Origin: Scyliorhinus canicula
Lineage: Eukaryota
Assembly: GCF_902713615.1 (NCBI RefSeq)
Contig: NC_052148.1
Coordinates: 222,178,263 to 222,242,262, forward strand
Reading direction: 5' to 3'
Length of the DNA stretch: 64,000 nucleotides
The notes under the pieces were generated by a model. That model searched no databases, was not told where the DNA came from, and saw only the letters and a list, made by a program, of their open reading frames with translations. The first letter of the stretch is position 1. Every line of letters begins with the position of its first letter. The translations under genes were made by a program, and so were the position numbers. This document shows positions 1 through 12,732 of the stretch, piece after piece.

Positions 1-3000
1 GGCAGGAAAAAGCGGTGCGCATGACTCCGGCGTCCGGGCCTTCTTTTAAGCTGGCAATCTCCGTTCCCGGAAGGGCCAGCAGCGGACTGACGCGATAGGC
101 GTCAGTTTCACCAGCTGCGGAAGTGGCGAGTCCCGGCGTTTGTGTGGTGGGGAGAGAGAGAGACCCAGTGGGGTGGGGGAAGAAGGAAGAAGAGCGACCC
201 GGCATTGGGGGGGGGAGAAGAGCGACCCGGCATTGGGGGGGGGGGGAGAAGAGCGACCCGGCATTGGGGGGGGGGGGTGAGAAGAGCGACCCGGCATGGG
301 GGGGGGGGGAAGAGCGACCCGGCATTTGGGGGGGGGGGGGAAGAGCGACCCGGCATTTGGGGGGGGGGAGGGAGAAGAGCGACCCGGCATTGGGGGGGGG
401 GGGGGGGGAGAAGAGCGACCCGGCATTGGGGGGGCGGGGGAGGGAGGAGAAAGACCCGGCATTTGTTGGGGGGGGGGGNNNNNNNNNNNNNNNNNNNNNN
501 NNNNNNNNNNNNNNNNNNNNNNNNNNNNNNNNNNNNNNNNNNNNNNNNNNNNNNNNNNNNNNNNNNNNNNNNNNNNNNNNNNNNNNNNNNNNNNNNNNNN
601 NNNNNNNNNNNNNNNNNNNNNNNNNNNNNNNNNNNNNNNNNNNNNNNNNNNNNNNNNNNNNNNNNNNNNNNNNNNNNNNNNNNNNNNNNNNNNNNNNNNN
701 NNNNNNNNNNNNNNNNNNNNNNNNNNNNNNNNNNNNNNNNNNNNNNNNNNNNNNNNNNNNNNNNNNNNNNNNNNNNNNNNNNNNNNNNNNNNNNNNNNNN
801 NNNNNNNNNNNNNNNNNNNNNNNNNNNNNNNNNNNNNNNNNNNNNNNNNNNNNNNNNNNNNNNNNNNNNNNNNNNNNNNNNNNNNNNGAGGGGGGTTACG
901 GCGTTGAGTCGAGAGGGGTGGAGGGGGTTGCGGCGTTGAGTTGAGAGGAGGGGGGGGTACCTGCGTTGAGAGGAGAGGGGGGGCGGCGTTGGAGGGGGTA
1001 GGGGTGGTGAGGGGGGTTGAGGTAGGGGGCAGCGGCGTGCAGAGGGGGGGGCGACGGATGGCCGGGACCAACGCACCGTCGCCCCCTCTGCACGTCGCTG
1101 CCCCTACCGCAACCCCCCCCTCACCACCCTGACCCCCTCCAATGCCCCTACCCCCTCACCACCCCTACCCCCCTCACCACCCCTACCCCCTCACCACCCC
1201 TACCCCCTCACCACCCCTACCCCCTCCAACGCCCCTACCCCCTCACCACCCCTACCCCCTCACCACCCCTACCCCCTCCAACGCCCCTACCCCTTCCAAC
1301 GCCCCTACCCCCTCACCACCCCGACCCCCTCCAACGCCCCTACCCCCTCACCACCCCTACCCCCTCACCACCCCTACCCCTCCAACGCCCCTACCCCTTC
1401 CAACGCCCCTACCCCCTCACCACCCCTACCCCCTCCAACGCCCCTACCCCTTCCAATGCCCCTACCCCCTCACCACCCCGACCCCCTCCAACGCCCCTAC
1501 CCCCTCACCACCCTACCCCCTCACCACCCCTACCCCCTCACCACCCCTACCCCTTCCAACGCCCCTACCCCCTCACCACCCCTACCCCCTTCCAACGCCG
1601 CCCCCCCCTCTCTCTCAACGCCGGTACCCCCCTCTCAACGCCGCACCCCCCCCCACTAACGCCGCCCCCCCCCCCACCACTAACGGAGGAAGGAAGGGGG
1701 GGAGGGGGAAGGAATGGGGGGAGGAGGAAGGAGGGGGGAGGAGGAGAGAGGGTGGGTGTGTGGGTACCGGCTTTCAGAGGGAGGGGGGTGTGTGGGTAAC
1801 GGCCTTCAGAGGGAGGGGGGGTACCGGCCTTCAGAGGGAGGGGGGGGTACAAGCCTTCAGAGGGAGGGGGGGTACCGGCCTTCAGAGGGAGGGGGGGGTA
1901 CCGGCCTTCAGAGGGAGGGGGGGGGTACCGGCCTTCAGAGGGAGGGGGGGTACCGGCTTTCAGAGGGAGGGGGAGGGGTTGTGGGTACCGGCGTTGAGAG
2001 GGGGGGGGGTGTGTGTGTACCGGAGGAGGGGGGGGGGGGACCCTGCGTTGAGGGGGGGGGGGAACCCTGCGTTGAGGGGAGGGGGAAACCCTGCGTTGAG
2101 GGGGGGATCCCTGCGTTGAGGGGGGGAACCCTGCGTTGAGAGGGTGGGGGGAACCCTGCGTTGAGGGGGGGGGAACCCTGCGTTGAGGGGGGGAACCCTG
2201 CGTTGAGGGGGGGGGAACCCTGCGTTTGAGGGGGGGGAACCCTGCGTTGAGAGGGTGGGGGGTTGCGGCGTTGAGAGGGTGGAGGGTTGCGGCGTTGAGA
2301 GGGTGGGGGGTTGCGGCATTGAGAGGGGGGGTAGGGGTGGTGGGGAGGGGGGTAGGGGTGGTGGGGAGGGGGGGTAGGGGTGGTGAGGGGGGGTGGTTGC
2401 GGTAGGGGCAGCGGCGTGCAGAGGGGGGGCGACGGTGCGTTGGCCCCGGCCATCCGTCACCACTTCCTCTCTGCACGCCGCTGCCCCCAAACCCCCCCCA
2501 CCCCCCCCCCACCACCCCTACCCCCCCCACACCCCTACCCCTACCCCCCTCTCAACGCTGCAACCCCCCCGCACTCCCCCCCGCACTCGCCCCCCCCGCA
2601 CTCGCCCCCCCCCGCACTCGCCCCCCCCCCGCACTCGCCCCCCCCCGCACTCGCCCCCCCCCCCGCACTCGCCCCTCCCGCACTCGCCCCCCCCCCGCAC
2701 TCGCCCCCCCCCGCACTTGCCCCCCCCCCGCACTCGCCCCCCCCCCGCACTCGCCCCCCCCCGCACTCGCCCCCCCCCCCCGCACTCGCCCCCCCCCCGC
2801 ACTCGTCCCCCCCCCCGCACTCGTCCCCCCCCCCCCGCACTCGCCCCCCCCCCCCACTCGCCCTCGGACACTGAACGGCGTCAACCATCATCAATGGTTG
2901 GCGCCGTTTTAAAGCTACTCTGTTTTTCGCCGACGTGACCCGTGGCCACGTCGGCGGGACTTCGGCCCATCCGGGCTGGAGATTTGTTGAAACAAAAATA

Positions 3001-3160
3001 TAATGAAATCCCGCCGGCGCCAGCTGTTTTCAGAGGCTGCCGGCGGGATTTGCACAGTGCCGGTTTTTGGCCGGTCAGAGAATAAAAAACCCTGCGGGAG
3101 CGGGATTAACGCCGCTGCCGGCCGATTCTCCGACCCTGCGTGGGGTCGGAGAATTTCGCC
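1..3160. mobile_element. 3' part of a Harbinger-type non-autonomous element filled with GC-rich minisatellites
   Basis: Ends in a TTCTCCGACCC...GGGTCGGAGAATTTCGCC hairpin/TIR like the MITE at 44300. Interior made of tandem GAAGAGCGACCCGGCATTG(n), CACCACCCCTACCCCCT, GGTACCGGCCTTCAGAGGGAG, GAACCCTGCGTTGAG and CGCACTCGC(n) arrays. Confidence 0.55.
479..887. other. assembly gap (N run)
   Basis: Run of N bases within low-complexity G/C-rich repeats. Confidence 1.
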
Positions 3161-3922
3161 GCAGGTACAGATTGTGACAGACATCATTTTGGCTAGGGTA
3201 TTGGTGCAGATGCAATCAGCATGTACTAGGAGTATTCAGATTGCAATATGAGTCAATGTGTAACACTGATATGACACCAGTGATGTCGATTTTATCGTTT
3301 CAGCAGCTCTATTAAAATGAATCACCAATTAATTTCAGTTTTATTTCCAATTTATGTCTACTGGTTACTGTTGAGTTGGGAGAAGTTTTTATGGATTTGA
3401 ACTGTTATCTAAAAGTTGCTGATGGCTCCAGGGAGCGATGTGGCACATAATGGAAGTCTTGGTTGAATCTTCAAGGCTGTCATAGAGATTCAGATAGTGA
3501 ACGATAGTACTGGAGCTAATCTTTACTCAGCCATACATTTATTGAGAGTGAAACATTTTTGGCATACAGCCAACCACCCTGCACTTTCAATCCATATTAC
3601 TTTACATCTACTCAAATGAAGCTTTGATCAATGCCGTTTACCTGTATATGATTAAACATAATTGATATATATTTAAAATATTATCTTTCTTTAAAAATAA
3701 CGTTGATATACACAAAATTTTCAGAACAAACAAAACCAACTTCCAAAGTGTATACAAAACATTACATTTCAAGATGCCCCTCCTCTGGGACCCCTTTACA
3801 ATTTATTTGTACAAACATTTCAAAATAATCAATCAGACTGTTGATGACTTGCACCACACATTTAATTTTAGAGATTTCCTTTCTCTCCAGCATTTGTTTA
3901 AAGCCGGCAAGGTCAATCTGAA

Positions 3923-4507
3923 TGTTATGGGCCAGGGTTTAGAGAACACCAAAGTATATCATGCAGTTCACCTGACCCACAACTTTTAATAGATTTTGGT
4001 TATGGGGCGCACAAGGGCCCACTTTACAGGTGTGATGCAACAGAGATCTAAAGTATTTTTAAAACAAAACAATATTTATTCTATGAATCCAGTTAACATT
4101 TTATAAACACACAGTAAACATCTTACCAAGGACCAACACTGATAACCCCCCAAAAAGATACAGTACTCTATAAGTAACCCTTAGTAACTTTCCTAACAAC
4201 ATCCATCAGCCAAAACACTTTTTGACAAAGACAGTAGGTTTGACTTTTCTACCGAGAACAGTTATCACTTTTAAATTATCAAGTGATCTAAACACCTTGT
4301 TTAACATACAGAGAGAGACCAGTATACTTCTGCTTGGTTTGAATGCAGCTCTCCAACTGAAAGGAAAACTAAAACACAGAGCCAAAAAGAGCTTCCAGCT
4401 CAAAACAAAAGTAAAAAGCAGAATCACATTCCAGCTCCACCCACACAATGACATCACTGCAGGCATTTGATAAAACACACTTTTCTTAAAGGGACTCGAA
4501 CATGACA
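3923..4507 (-). mobile_element. probable solo LTR
   Basis: TGTTATG...CATGACA termini and an internal minus-strand AATAAA (plus TTTATT near 4075). No clean TSD. Confidence 0.5.
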
Positions 4508-4514
4508 GAAACCA

Positions 4515-4546
<32 letters not shown>

Positions 4547-4931
4547 ACACACATTTGTGTACATTATCCGACAATGAACATTCAAGCATTTAACATTCAA
4601 CAGGTCTAATATTTTCAGCATCCCCTTATATAGATACTCACCACACTCTTCAACTTGAATCCCATATCCATTGTTTCTAGAGAATTAGGAGAGCGAGCCC
4701 ATAAAACAGCAGGAGTTTGGAGAGAGAGAGCTCATAAAACAGCGGGAATTCAGCGAGTGAGAGTCCAAAAAGCACAAAGAATTCAGAGGGAGATATCTAG
4801 GTATTTAAGTTAATTTAAGAGCCAATGTTTCAGCAGACAAAGTACTTTTTTATGTTCTTATGTTTCCAAGCTGAAAGGCAACATTAATTTTGCAACTTCA
4901 CCATAAGATGTTAAAAATGGGAAAGAAATAA

Positions 4932-5115
4932 GGGAGCACGGTGGCACAGTGGGTTAGTCCTGCTGCCTCATGGCGCCGAGGTCCCAGGTTGGATCCCGGC
5001 TCTGGGTCACTGCTCGTGTGGAGTTTGCACATTCTCCCCGTGTTTGCTTGGGTTTCGTCCCCACAACCCAAAAGATGTGCAGGGGAGGTGGATTGGAAAA
5101 AATTAATTGGGTACT
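4932..5115 (+). mobile_element. short HE1-related V-SINE variant
   Basis: tRNA-like head (GCACGGTGGCACAGTGG A box, GGTTGGATCCC B box) plus V-domain CTGGGTCACTG...GGAGTTTGCACATTCTCCCCGTG. Confidence 0.8.
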
Positions 5116-5122
5116 TTATATC

Positions 5123-5446
5123 GAACATAGAACATACAGTGCAGAAGGAGGCCATTCGGCCCATCGAGTCTGCACCGACCCACTTAAGCCCCCACGTGCA
5201 CCCTATCCCCGTAACCCAAAAACCCCTCCTAACCTTTTTTTGGTCACTAAGGGTAATTTATCATGGCTAATCCACCTAACCTGCACGTCTTTGGACTGAG
5301 GGAGGAAACCGGAACACCCGGAGGAAACCCACGCATACACGGGGAGAACGTGCAGACTCCGCACAGACAGTGACCCAGCAGGGAATCGAACATGGGACCC
5401 TGGCGCTGTGAAGCCACAGTGCTAATCACTTGTGCTACCGTGCTGC
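5123..5446 (-). mobile_element. HE1-type V-SINE, full length
   Basis: tRNA head, V-domain (GGGTTTCCTCCGGGTG...CAGTCCAAAGA) and a (TTCTATG)n tail shared with the CR1 at 34106-34980. Confidence 0.9.
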
Positions 5447-5969
5447 ACTTTAAATTTCTAAAAAGAAAATTAAAAAAGATGGGAAAGAAATGATGACCTT
5501 CTCAGTAAAATCCACATTCCACAAAAGAATTAAAAACACAGAAGCCGAACCCCTAAACCCCTTAAATTCTATCCTAAACTTAATAACATATTAAAAATTC
5601 CACAGTAACACCCCATAGGAAATCATCAACAGGCACCATGAAGATGCTGGAAGATTTCTCTTTTTAATACTAATAAAACATTGTGTGTTTGTTTGCAGCT
5701 GAACATAACATATTTTCAGGACAACAAATCTCATCAAAAATATCACACCACTGGAAATATCCTTCTGGCAATTTGTTTAGTTTCCTTAGTTTTCCTTCTG
5801 CATCAGCTGCCACTTTGGGTGGTTTCAGAAACATTTTTCTCTGAAGATCACCCTGCACAACTGTAGCTTTTTTAACCTAATCTCCCATGAATATGAGGCC
5901 AAAAGACCGATAAAAGATTTTCACAGTTGCTTTTTCAGCTGTGAGGGGCCCAATCAAAAATATTTATGG

Positions 5970-6300
5970 ACCATAAAGCAGCGGGAGTTTGGAGAGAAAG
6001 ACCCCATAAAGCAGCGGGAGTTTGGAGAGAAAGACCCCATAATGCAGCGGGAGTTTGGAGAGAAAGACCCCATAAAGCAGCGGGAGTTTGGAGAGAGAAA
6101 GACCCCATAAAGCAGTGGGAGCTTGGAGAGAGAAAGAGAGCCCATGAAGCAGCGGGAGTTCAGAGAGAAAGAGACAGAGAGAAAACCTATACAGCAGTGG
6201 GACTTCAGAGAGAGCTCTTAAAGCAGTAGGAGTTTGGAGATCGTAAAGTAGGGGAGAGGGAGAGCGAGAGAGCACTGGGAAGTTACTGATAAACTCTAAA
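5970..6300 (+). repeat. 33-bp minisatellite (CCATAAAGCAGCGGGAGTTTGGAGAGAAAGACC); related units at 4685-4790
   Basis: About 4 near-perfect units followed by degenerate units. Confidence 0.85.
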
Positions 6301-7380
6301 AGTGAGTCCCATGAGTAAACCGGTTGGTAACTGCAGGCCTTTCTGCACTCAACCCAGAAGAGATGATTGGTCAATGGCAGGTGAGTCATTATATTGTAGT
6401 CTATCAGAGGAAATACATTGGGCTGGATTCTTCATCCCAGGATGTCAAAAGCACGTTTCCAGATGGGACGGAAAATTGGGCATCGGGAAGGCGATGTTCT
6501 GACCCCGCACCAGCGGAAGGATGTAAATGAATGCAAATTAATGACTCATTTGCATCCATTTAGTGGGCCCTGCACCCTATTCTCCCACCCTCCGTGATTC
6601 CGCAGTCCCCTGGGCAAGAAATCTCATGGGCGCAACTCACCTCTGGTATTTATCAGCATTGCCCTGACGTGGTGAACCTCATGGTTGGACAAAGGGGTAC
6701 CTCCTTAGGGGAGTTGCCCCCAAAGTCCATCTGAGGACCATCCCACCCTCCCCCCCCACAATGCATTACCTGCCCATCCCATCCTGCACCACACCCTCTC
6801 CTGCCCCCAATGGGACACCTTTAATAGGGAAACCCCCCAAGTAACTCCATGAAGAGGGAGACCCACCAGGAATCCCCTAACTGAAGGAGCCCCCACAGAG
6901 ACCCTCCTAACTGAAGGAACCCCTCTCCCAACTAAAGTGACCCCAAAGGGATCCCCAGAGTAAATGGACCCCCTAACTGAAGGAACCCCCACCGGGACCC
7001 CCTAACTTGACAGACCCCAATCAGGAACCCCTAACTAGAATGACCCCCTACAGAGACCCACTAACTAAAGGGACCCCCCCCCCCAAAGGGAGCCCCTGAC
7101 TAGAGGGACCCGCACATAGACCCCCTGCTAGATAAGCGATCCCTGTCTGAAAGCTATAGATCAGTCCAGACAGGGGCAATGAAAAACAAGTTACAGCTTT
7201 AACACTTACCTGGAGGCTTCACATCTCAATTCCTCAAAGGAGAACAACTGTGATTTGTGTTTCAACTCCTCAGACCCATTAGCTGCAAGCCACTCATCTG
7301 TTTCTTGTAGTGGACTGTAATTGACAGCTTCCACAAACCAGCTGCAGCCTTGATTTATTCATCTCCCCTCATGGATGAGT

Positions 7381-7725
7381 GGGGAGACGGTGGCATAGCG
7401 GTATTGTCACTGGACTAGTAAACCCAGGGTAATGCTCTGGGGACCCAGGTTCAAATCCCACCACTGCAGATGGTGAAATTTGAATTCAACAAAAATCTGG
7501 AATTAAATGTCTCATGATAGCCATGAAACCATTGTTTATTGTCGTAAAAACCCATCTGTTTCATTAATGTCCTTCAGGGAAGGAAATTTGTCATCCTTAC
7601 CTGGCCTACATGTGACACTTGACCCACAGCAATATGGTTGACTCTTAACTGCCCCCTCAACGGCAATTAGGGATGATCAATAAATATTGGCCCAACCAGC
7701 GAGACCCACAAATGAATTAAAAAAA
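7381..7725 (+). mobile_element. tRNA-derived SINE (second family) with a LINE-type tail; partial copy at 15184-15335
   Basis: A/B boxes (GGTGGCATAGCGG, GGTTCAAATCCC). Tail GGCAATTAGGGATG..AATAAA..CCAGCGA..CCCACA-A(n) matches the reverse-strand LINE end at 42465-42670. Confidence 0.8.
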
Positions 7726-8060
7726 ACTCGAAGTGGTGAAACCCCAATGTTTACAAACATCAACCACATCAAAGAGAGGTCAGTGCACTCCAATCACTCC
7801 CATCACTCAAGCTTGTGACCACAGAAAGCCATTTGGCCAATAATGCCAGTGTAGGCTCCTTCTAACAGTTTCCAAGTAAACCCATTTCCTTGTGGGATAA
7901 AAACTGGAGAAGTCTGTCTTGATGGAGACAGGTTGGTGTCAGAATTCACAGAGAATGCTATGTAATTCCAAAACATAAGCATAAAGTAGGAGGTAACAAT
8001 TACTGCTCAACCTCTGGATGTTAAAAGTGCCTGGCAAGTTAAGAGTTTAACATCTGGTCG

Positions 8061-8277
8061 GGAAGCATGGTGGACAGCACTTCTGCCTCACGGCGCCAAT
8101 GTCCCAGGTTCGATCCCGGCTCTGGGTCACTGTCAATGTGGAGTTTGCACATTCTTCCTGTGTTTGCGTGGGTTTCGCCCCCATAACCCAAAGATGTGCA
8201 GGGTAGGTGGATTGACCACGCTAAATTGCCCCTTCATTAGAAAACTAAATTGGGTACTCTAAATTTATTTAAAAAAA
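8061..8277 (+). mobile_element. short HE1-related V-SINE variant
   Basis: Same structure as 4932-5115, with an A-rich end. Confidence 0.8.
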
Positions 8278-8503
8278 GAGTTTAATATCTGGAATTTCTG
8301 GGTAGGTACTCTTCATTTCCTGCCGTAACTTTGGTGAAAGATCAGCAGAAACTCTCGAGAAATGTCATCAAGTGCTATTTACGTGACTTCTTCAAGGTCT
8401 CTGCCAACCATCATTGAACTGACTTGAGGCGACAAGAAGAACCCTCTGGAAATCTACCCCTAAGAAGTTGAACTCCAAGATAAAACAAATAAATTTAATT
8501 TAC

Positions 8504-8741
8504 CTTTGCATAGCAGGGCTCCCCAAAGAAGTCGCATTTTAAGAGAGTGGAGTTATCAAGTTGGTAACCATATTTTTTGGTGAAATTCTTGATGCTGAAA
8601 GTTGGATTTCCGTGAAGAAAGTCTCGGATTTCTTGAGAAGTGACGCTGTTTCCATCACTTTGGCCAATTCTTAGAACAACACACACAATAGACCACAACA
8701 GGTATATGATGTTCAAGTTGGCTACAGCTTGGGCTTGGTAT
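8504..8741 (-). CDS. ASIC5: acid-sensing ion channel 5 (BASIC), coding exon 3
   Basis: Translates (R)YQAQAVANLNIIYLLWSIVCVVLRIG...NFTKKYGYQLDNSTLLKCDFFGEPCYAK, collinear with ASIC5 RFQTDAVAKFGVIFFLW...LNNSTLLDCEFFGKPC. AG acceptor at 8742-8743, GTAAAT donor at 8503. 238 bp, phase 2 start matching exon 2. Confidence 0.93.
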
Positions 8742-9044
8742 CTATAGGTGACAAAACAAAATGACATTTTCATGGTGGTGTGAACACCAATATATGAAGG
8801 TCACCTTTGAGAGTACAGCTGGCATTGTGAAAATATAGAACCGAATGATAAAACTGAAAAAAATTGCTTGGAGTGGGAGAACCTTACAGATACAGTAACC
8901 TTGCATTACTTCAGTCAGTACATAGAATTGCATTTCTTAATAATTCCCCAATTAACCAAGAAAATGATCAATCACCATTTAAAGGCCTGTGACATTTTAA
9001 GGGATTACTTTGACCAATTGTCTTCTTTATGAAAGAAATGCAGA

Positions 9045-9757
9045 TTATAGGAATAGGAGTAGGCTGTTTAACCCCTAAAGCCTGTTCTACTATTCAATGA
9101 GGTCATGGCCGAAGTGTGTCCTTAGTCCATATATCATAGAGTCATAGAGGTCTACAGCACAGGAAAGGCCCTTCGGACGATTGTGTCTGCACTGGTCAAA
9201 ACCAACCACATAACTATTCTAATCCCATTTTCCAGCACTTGGCCCATAGTCTTGTTTGACTTGGCATCGTAAGTGCACATCTCAATACTTCTTAAATGTT
9301 ATGAGGGTCTCTGCCTCCACCACCCTTTCAGGCAGCGAGTTCCAGACTCCCACTATTCTTTGGGTGAAAAGGTTTTCCCTCACATCGCCTCAAAATCTCC
9401 TACCCCTTAACTGAAATTTATCCACCTTTTCTCGAGACAGAAACATATAAAATAGAGGCAGGAGGAGGCCATTTGGCTCTTCGAACCCGCTCTGACATTC
9501 ATTATGATCATGGCTGATCATCTACCTCAGTACCCTGTTCCTGCCTTTCCCCCATATCCTTTGATCTATTTTGCCCCAAAAGCTGTATCTAACGCCTACT
9601 TGAAAACATACAATGTTTTGGCCTCAACAACGTTCTGTGGTAGCAAATTCCACAGACTCACCACTCTCTGGGTAAAAAGATTTCTCCTCAACCCAGTCCT
9701 GAATCGTCTACTCTGTCTCCTCAGATCTTTGCCCCTGGTTCTGAACTCCCCCACCAT
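9045..9757 (-). mobile_element. CR1-type LINE 3' fragments (several nested ends); continues at 11021-11120
   Basis: Reverse-complement CR1 RT C-terminus and 3' UTR motifs (TTCCACAGACTCACCACTCTCTGGGTAAAAAGATTTCTCCTC). Confidence 0.75.
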
Positions 9758-9940
9758 CAGCACGGTAGCATTGTGGATAGCATAATTGCTTCACAGCTCC
9801 AAGGTCCCAGGTTCAATTCCGGCTTGGGTCACTGACTGTGCGGAGTCTGCACATCTTCCCCGTGTGTGCGTGGGTTTCCTACGGGTGCTCCGGTTTCCTC
9901 CCACAGTCCAAAGATGTGCAGGTTAGGTGGATTGGTCATG
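9758..9940 (+). mobile_element. HE1 SINE, 5' half
   Basis: tRNA head and V-domain, truncated after GGTGGATTGG. Confidence 0.85.
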
Positions 9941-10670
9941 ATATCCCACAAAATTCCTTCAGTGTTGAATCTACTGATGCATTTTGTCTGTTCATAGCAC
10001 AGTCTGCACTGTAAACTTGGGTAACTAGCTCAAGGGCTTCATATGCTTCCACTCCCAGTAGAGATTCACGTTCAGCCTCTACAATGGAAAATTGTACTGT
10101 GTGAACTCTGTTCTTCACATTTACATCAAGCTCGCATGCTCCTAGCATAGTAATTTCATTTCCTTTGCAGCCTTTAAATATTACTGCTTCATTTAACACT
10201 TGCGGTTTCATTCTCAGCTCATTTAAATCTGACAAACTGATAAGATTGGCCCTTGCTCCGAGGCATACTTCATCAACCATGTTGATTGATTTTGTTTGTT
10301 TTTTTTTTACTGGTAAAGCATTGCTTCACAAAATGATTTCTGCCTTTACATTTGGAGCATATCTTTCCAAACGCTGGACATTGTTGTGGGAAATGTCGAT
10401 TGCCGCATCACTGGCATGAAATGGAGGATTCGGTCAACCGCTTAAAATGGCTGCCGGTGCTGGGAACACGTTTTATACTCGAGTGTGTCACTACACTAAT
10501 GGCGTTGGCTGCCTCTCCTATCTTTGCGCCAAAACATTTCAGATTCAAAGTGCTAATCTGCTGTGAAGCTAGCTCGCTGGCATAACAAATTTTAACAGCA
10601 TTATCAAGCTGAAGCTCATTTTCTCTTCACAACCTCTCGCATACCTTGTCGTTACAAATCCCAAACAAGA
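9941..10670 (-). mobile_element. Gypsy gag/protease fragment
   Basis: ORF 9936-10280: LGARANLISLSD...LGACELDVNVKNRVHTVQFSIVEAERESLLGVEA (retropepsin fold). Gag-like LFGICNDKVCERL upstream. Confidence 0.75.
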
Positions 10671-11021
10671 GGGCAGCACGGTAGCATTGTGGATAGCGCA
10701 ATTGCTTCACAGCTCCAGGGTCCCAGGTTCGATTCCGGCTTGGGTCACTCTCTGTGCGGAGTCTGCATATCCTCCCCATGTGTGCGTGGGTTTCCTCCGG
10801 GTGCTCTGGTTTCCTCCCACAGTCCAAAGATGTGCAGGTTCAGTGGATTAGGTGGATTGGCCATGCTAGTGTCCAAAATTTCCCTTAGTGTTGGGTGGGG
10901 TTACTGGGTTATGGGGATAGGGTGGAGGTGTTGACCTTGGGTAGGGTGCTCTTTCCAAGAGCCGGTGCAGACTCGGTGGGCCGAATGGCCTCCTTCTGCA
11001 TTGTAAATTCTATGATTCTAT
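10671..11021 (+). mobile_element. HE1 SINE, full length
   Basis: GGGCAGCACGGTAGC head, V-domain and (TTCTATG)n tail. Confidence 0.9.
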
Positions 11022-12039
11022 CAGGGACATACTTTCTGCATCTACCCTGTCCAGGCCTGTGAGAATTTTATAGGATTCTATGAGATCCTCCCTCATTCTT
11101 CTGAACTCCAGCGAATATATTTTGGAGCTAAGTCACAATTCCCAATTGCAACATTCAATCCGTTTCTTCTTCTGAATTCTATTCATAATGTCTCTTAGTG
11201 CCTTTCATCATATCTTCTCTTATCATTGAAGTGATTTCATCCTCAATCACAAAGGTTACAGCTCCCCCTCTACCATTTTACTTGTCCTTTCTGTAGATCC
11301 ATAACCTAGTATATCACCAGTCCTCACTAGTTTGCAGCCAGTAATGATTATCATGTATATACTTCAAGCTGAATCTGTGCCTAGAAATCATTCACTTTGT
11401 TCTGTATACTTCTGTGTTTGCAATTTGAATGCTTATTTGATTCACAAAACCTAACCTGTGCTTCTGTTCTAGTGTTTTACTCACACATCCCTTATTTCTC
11501 TCATTTTGTTTCATGTCTTTGCATCATTTAGTTCTCTTTTTATTTGTAATATGTAGTGCACAATGTCTGGCTGTTACTCTACTTTATTCCTTTACTTGTA
11601 TTTCTGAACATTGTTTCTACCCAAATTGATTGATTGAGTTTTGTTTAAAAGTGTTTCAAACAAGATAAATGCATCCAGCCTACTTAAAAAGTACCCTCTG
11701 GGTGCAGGGTTTGAAGATGTGCATTACAGCTTGGAATATCATAGCTCAGTCTATTTCAGAGTGGTATAATGAAGGTTTATTGCCTCACGCATTAGTTGCA
11801 AAGGCCGTGTATGTTAAGCAAGTTGTCATCTCATCTTAGGCAGGTAATTAACATTCATACTCACTATGATGAGGACAAATTGTGTAGGCACACCCAAAGT
11901 GATCTAACTATAGGGGTGATTCAAGGGAAATCCCAGAAAAATAATATATTGTTTATGGCATACAAAAGTCTCTGTATGACTTAGCTTTACAGGAGCTTTA
12001 TGATATCAGCATAGAAGTTAAGTCAGATATTGTACATGT

Positions 12040-12468
12040 TCAGGTATAGTTTAGGCCTATACACTCTAGAGTTCAGAATAATGAGGAAAGATCAAAATAA
12101 GGACTACAAGATAATGAAAGGTATGGATAAAGTAGACATGGAGCAGATGCTTCCTCTTGTGGGCCATTCTAGAACGAGAAGTCATAGTTTGTGGATTAAA
12201 ACTGAGATGAGGAGAAACTACTTCTCCCAACGGGTTGTGAATCTGTGGAATTCACTGCCCCAGTGTAAGGTGGATGCTGGGACAGTGAGTAAAGTTAAGG
12301 AAGAGTTAGACATATTTTTAATTGGTAATGCGTTGAAGGGTTATGAAGAGCGGGCAGGACGGTGGTGTTAAGGTTAGGATGAGGTCAGCCATGATCGGAT
12401 GGCAGAGCAGAATCAATGGGCCAAAAGGCCTAAACCTGCTCCTATATCTTATGAATTTATGAACTTAT
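12040..12468 (+). mobile_element. CR1 LINE 3' end
   Basis: LGLYTLEFR...RRNYFSQRVVNLWNSLP (CR1 ORF2 C-terminus) plus 3' UTR with a short tandem tail. Confidence 0.85.
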
Positions 12469-12732
12469 GTCTACACCTGGAAGTGGACAATCTTTGTTTC
12501 TACTGTTCCATGCCTCCACACAATTGATTGAATGCTTCATGTAATCTTACTCTCCTTCAGAGTTGATGTAAATTGTCTCATGTTTAGCCTTATGGAGCAT
12601 CACACGTTGTCATAGCTCATTTTTGTTTGTCAACCAGATCTTTTTGTGTGTTCCACTTGTCTTCATATGAACTTTCGTTTTAAAAGTCATTGAGAAACAT
12701 GCAGGAGTAAATTAAAATATAGCATGCCATAC

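Larger units (their letters stand above)
6420..8460. mobile_element. long Harbinger-type non-autonomous element with nested SINEs and an internal CCCCTAACTGAAGG minisatellite
   Basis: Starts GGGCTGGATTCTTC and ends GGAAATCTACCCC, resembling the TIRs of the other MITEs in the window. Confidence 0.45.

Noticed and set aside
46-2938. Long Pro/Gly-rich ORFs on both strands
   Set aside because: Artefacts of stop-poor G/C minisatellites and the N-gap; no recognisable domain.
4932-5000. tRNA genes at SINE heads
   Set aside because: The A/B boxes belong to tRNA-derived SINEs; there is no full cloverleaf and each is followed by a SINE body.
5970-6300. CRISPR-like array
   Set aside because: Eukaryotic head-to-tail minisatellite with no unique spacers.
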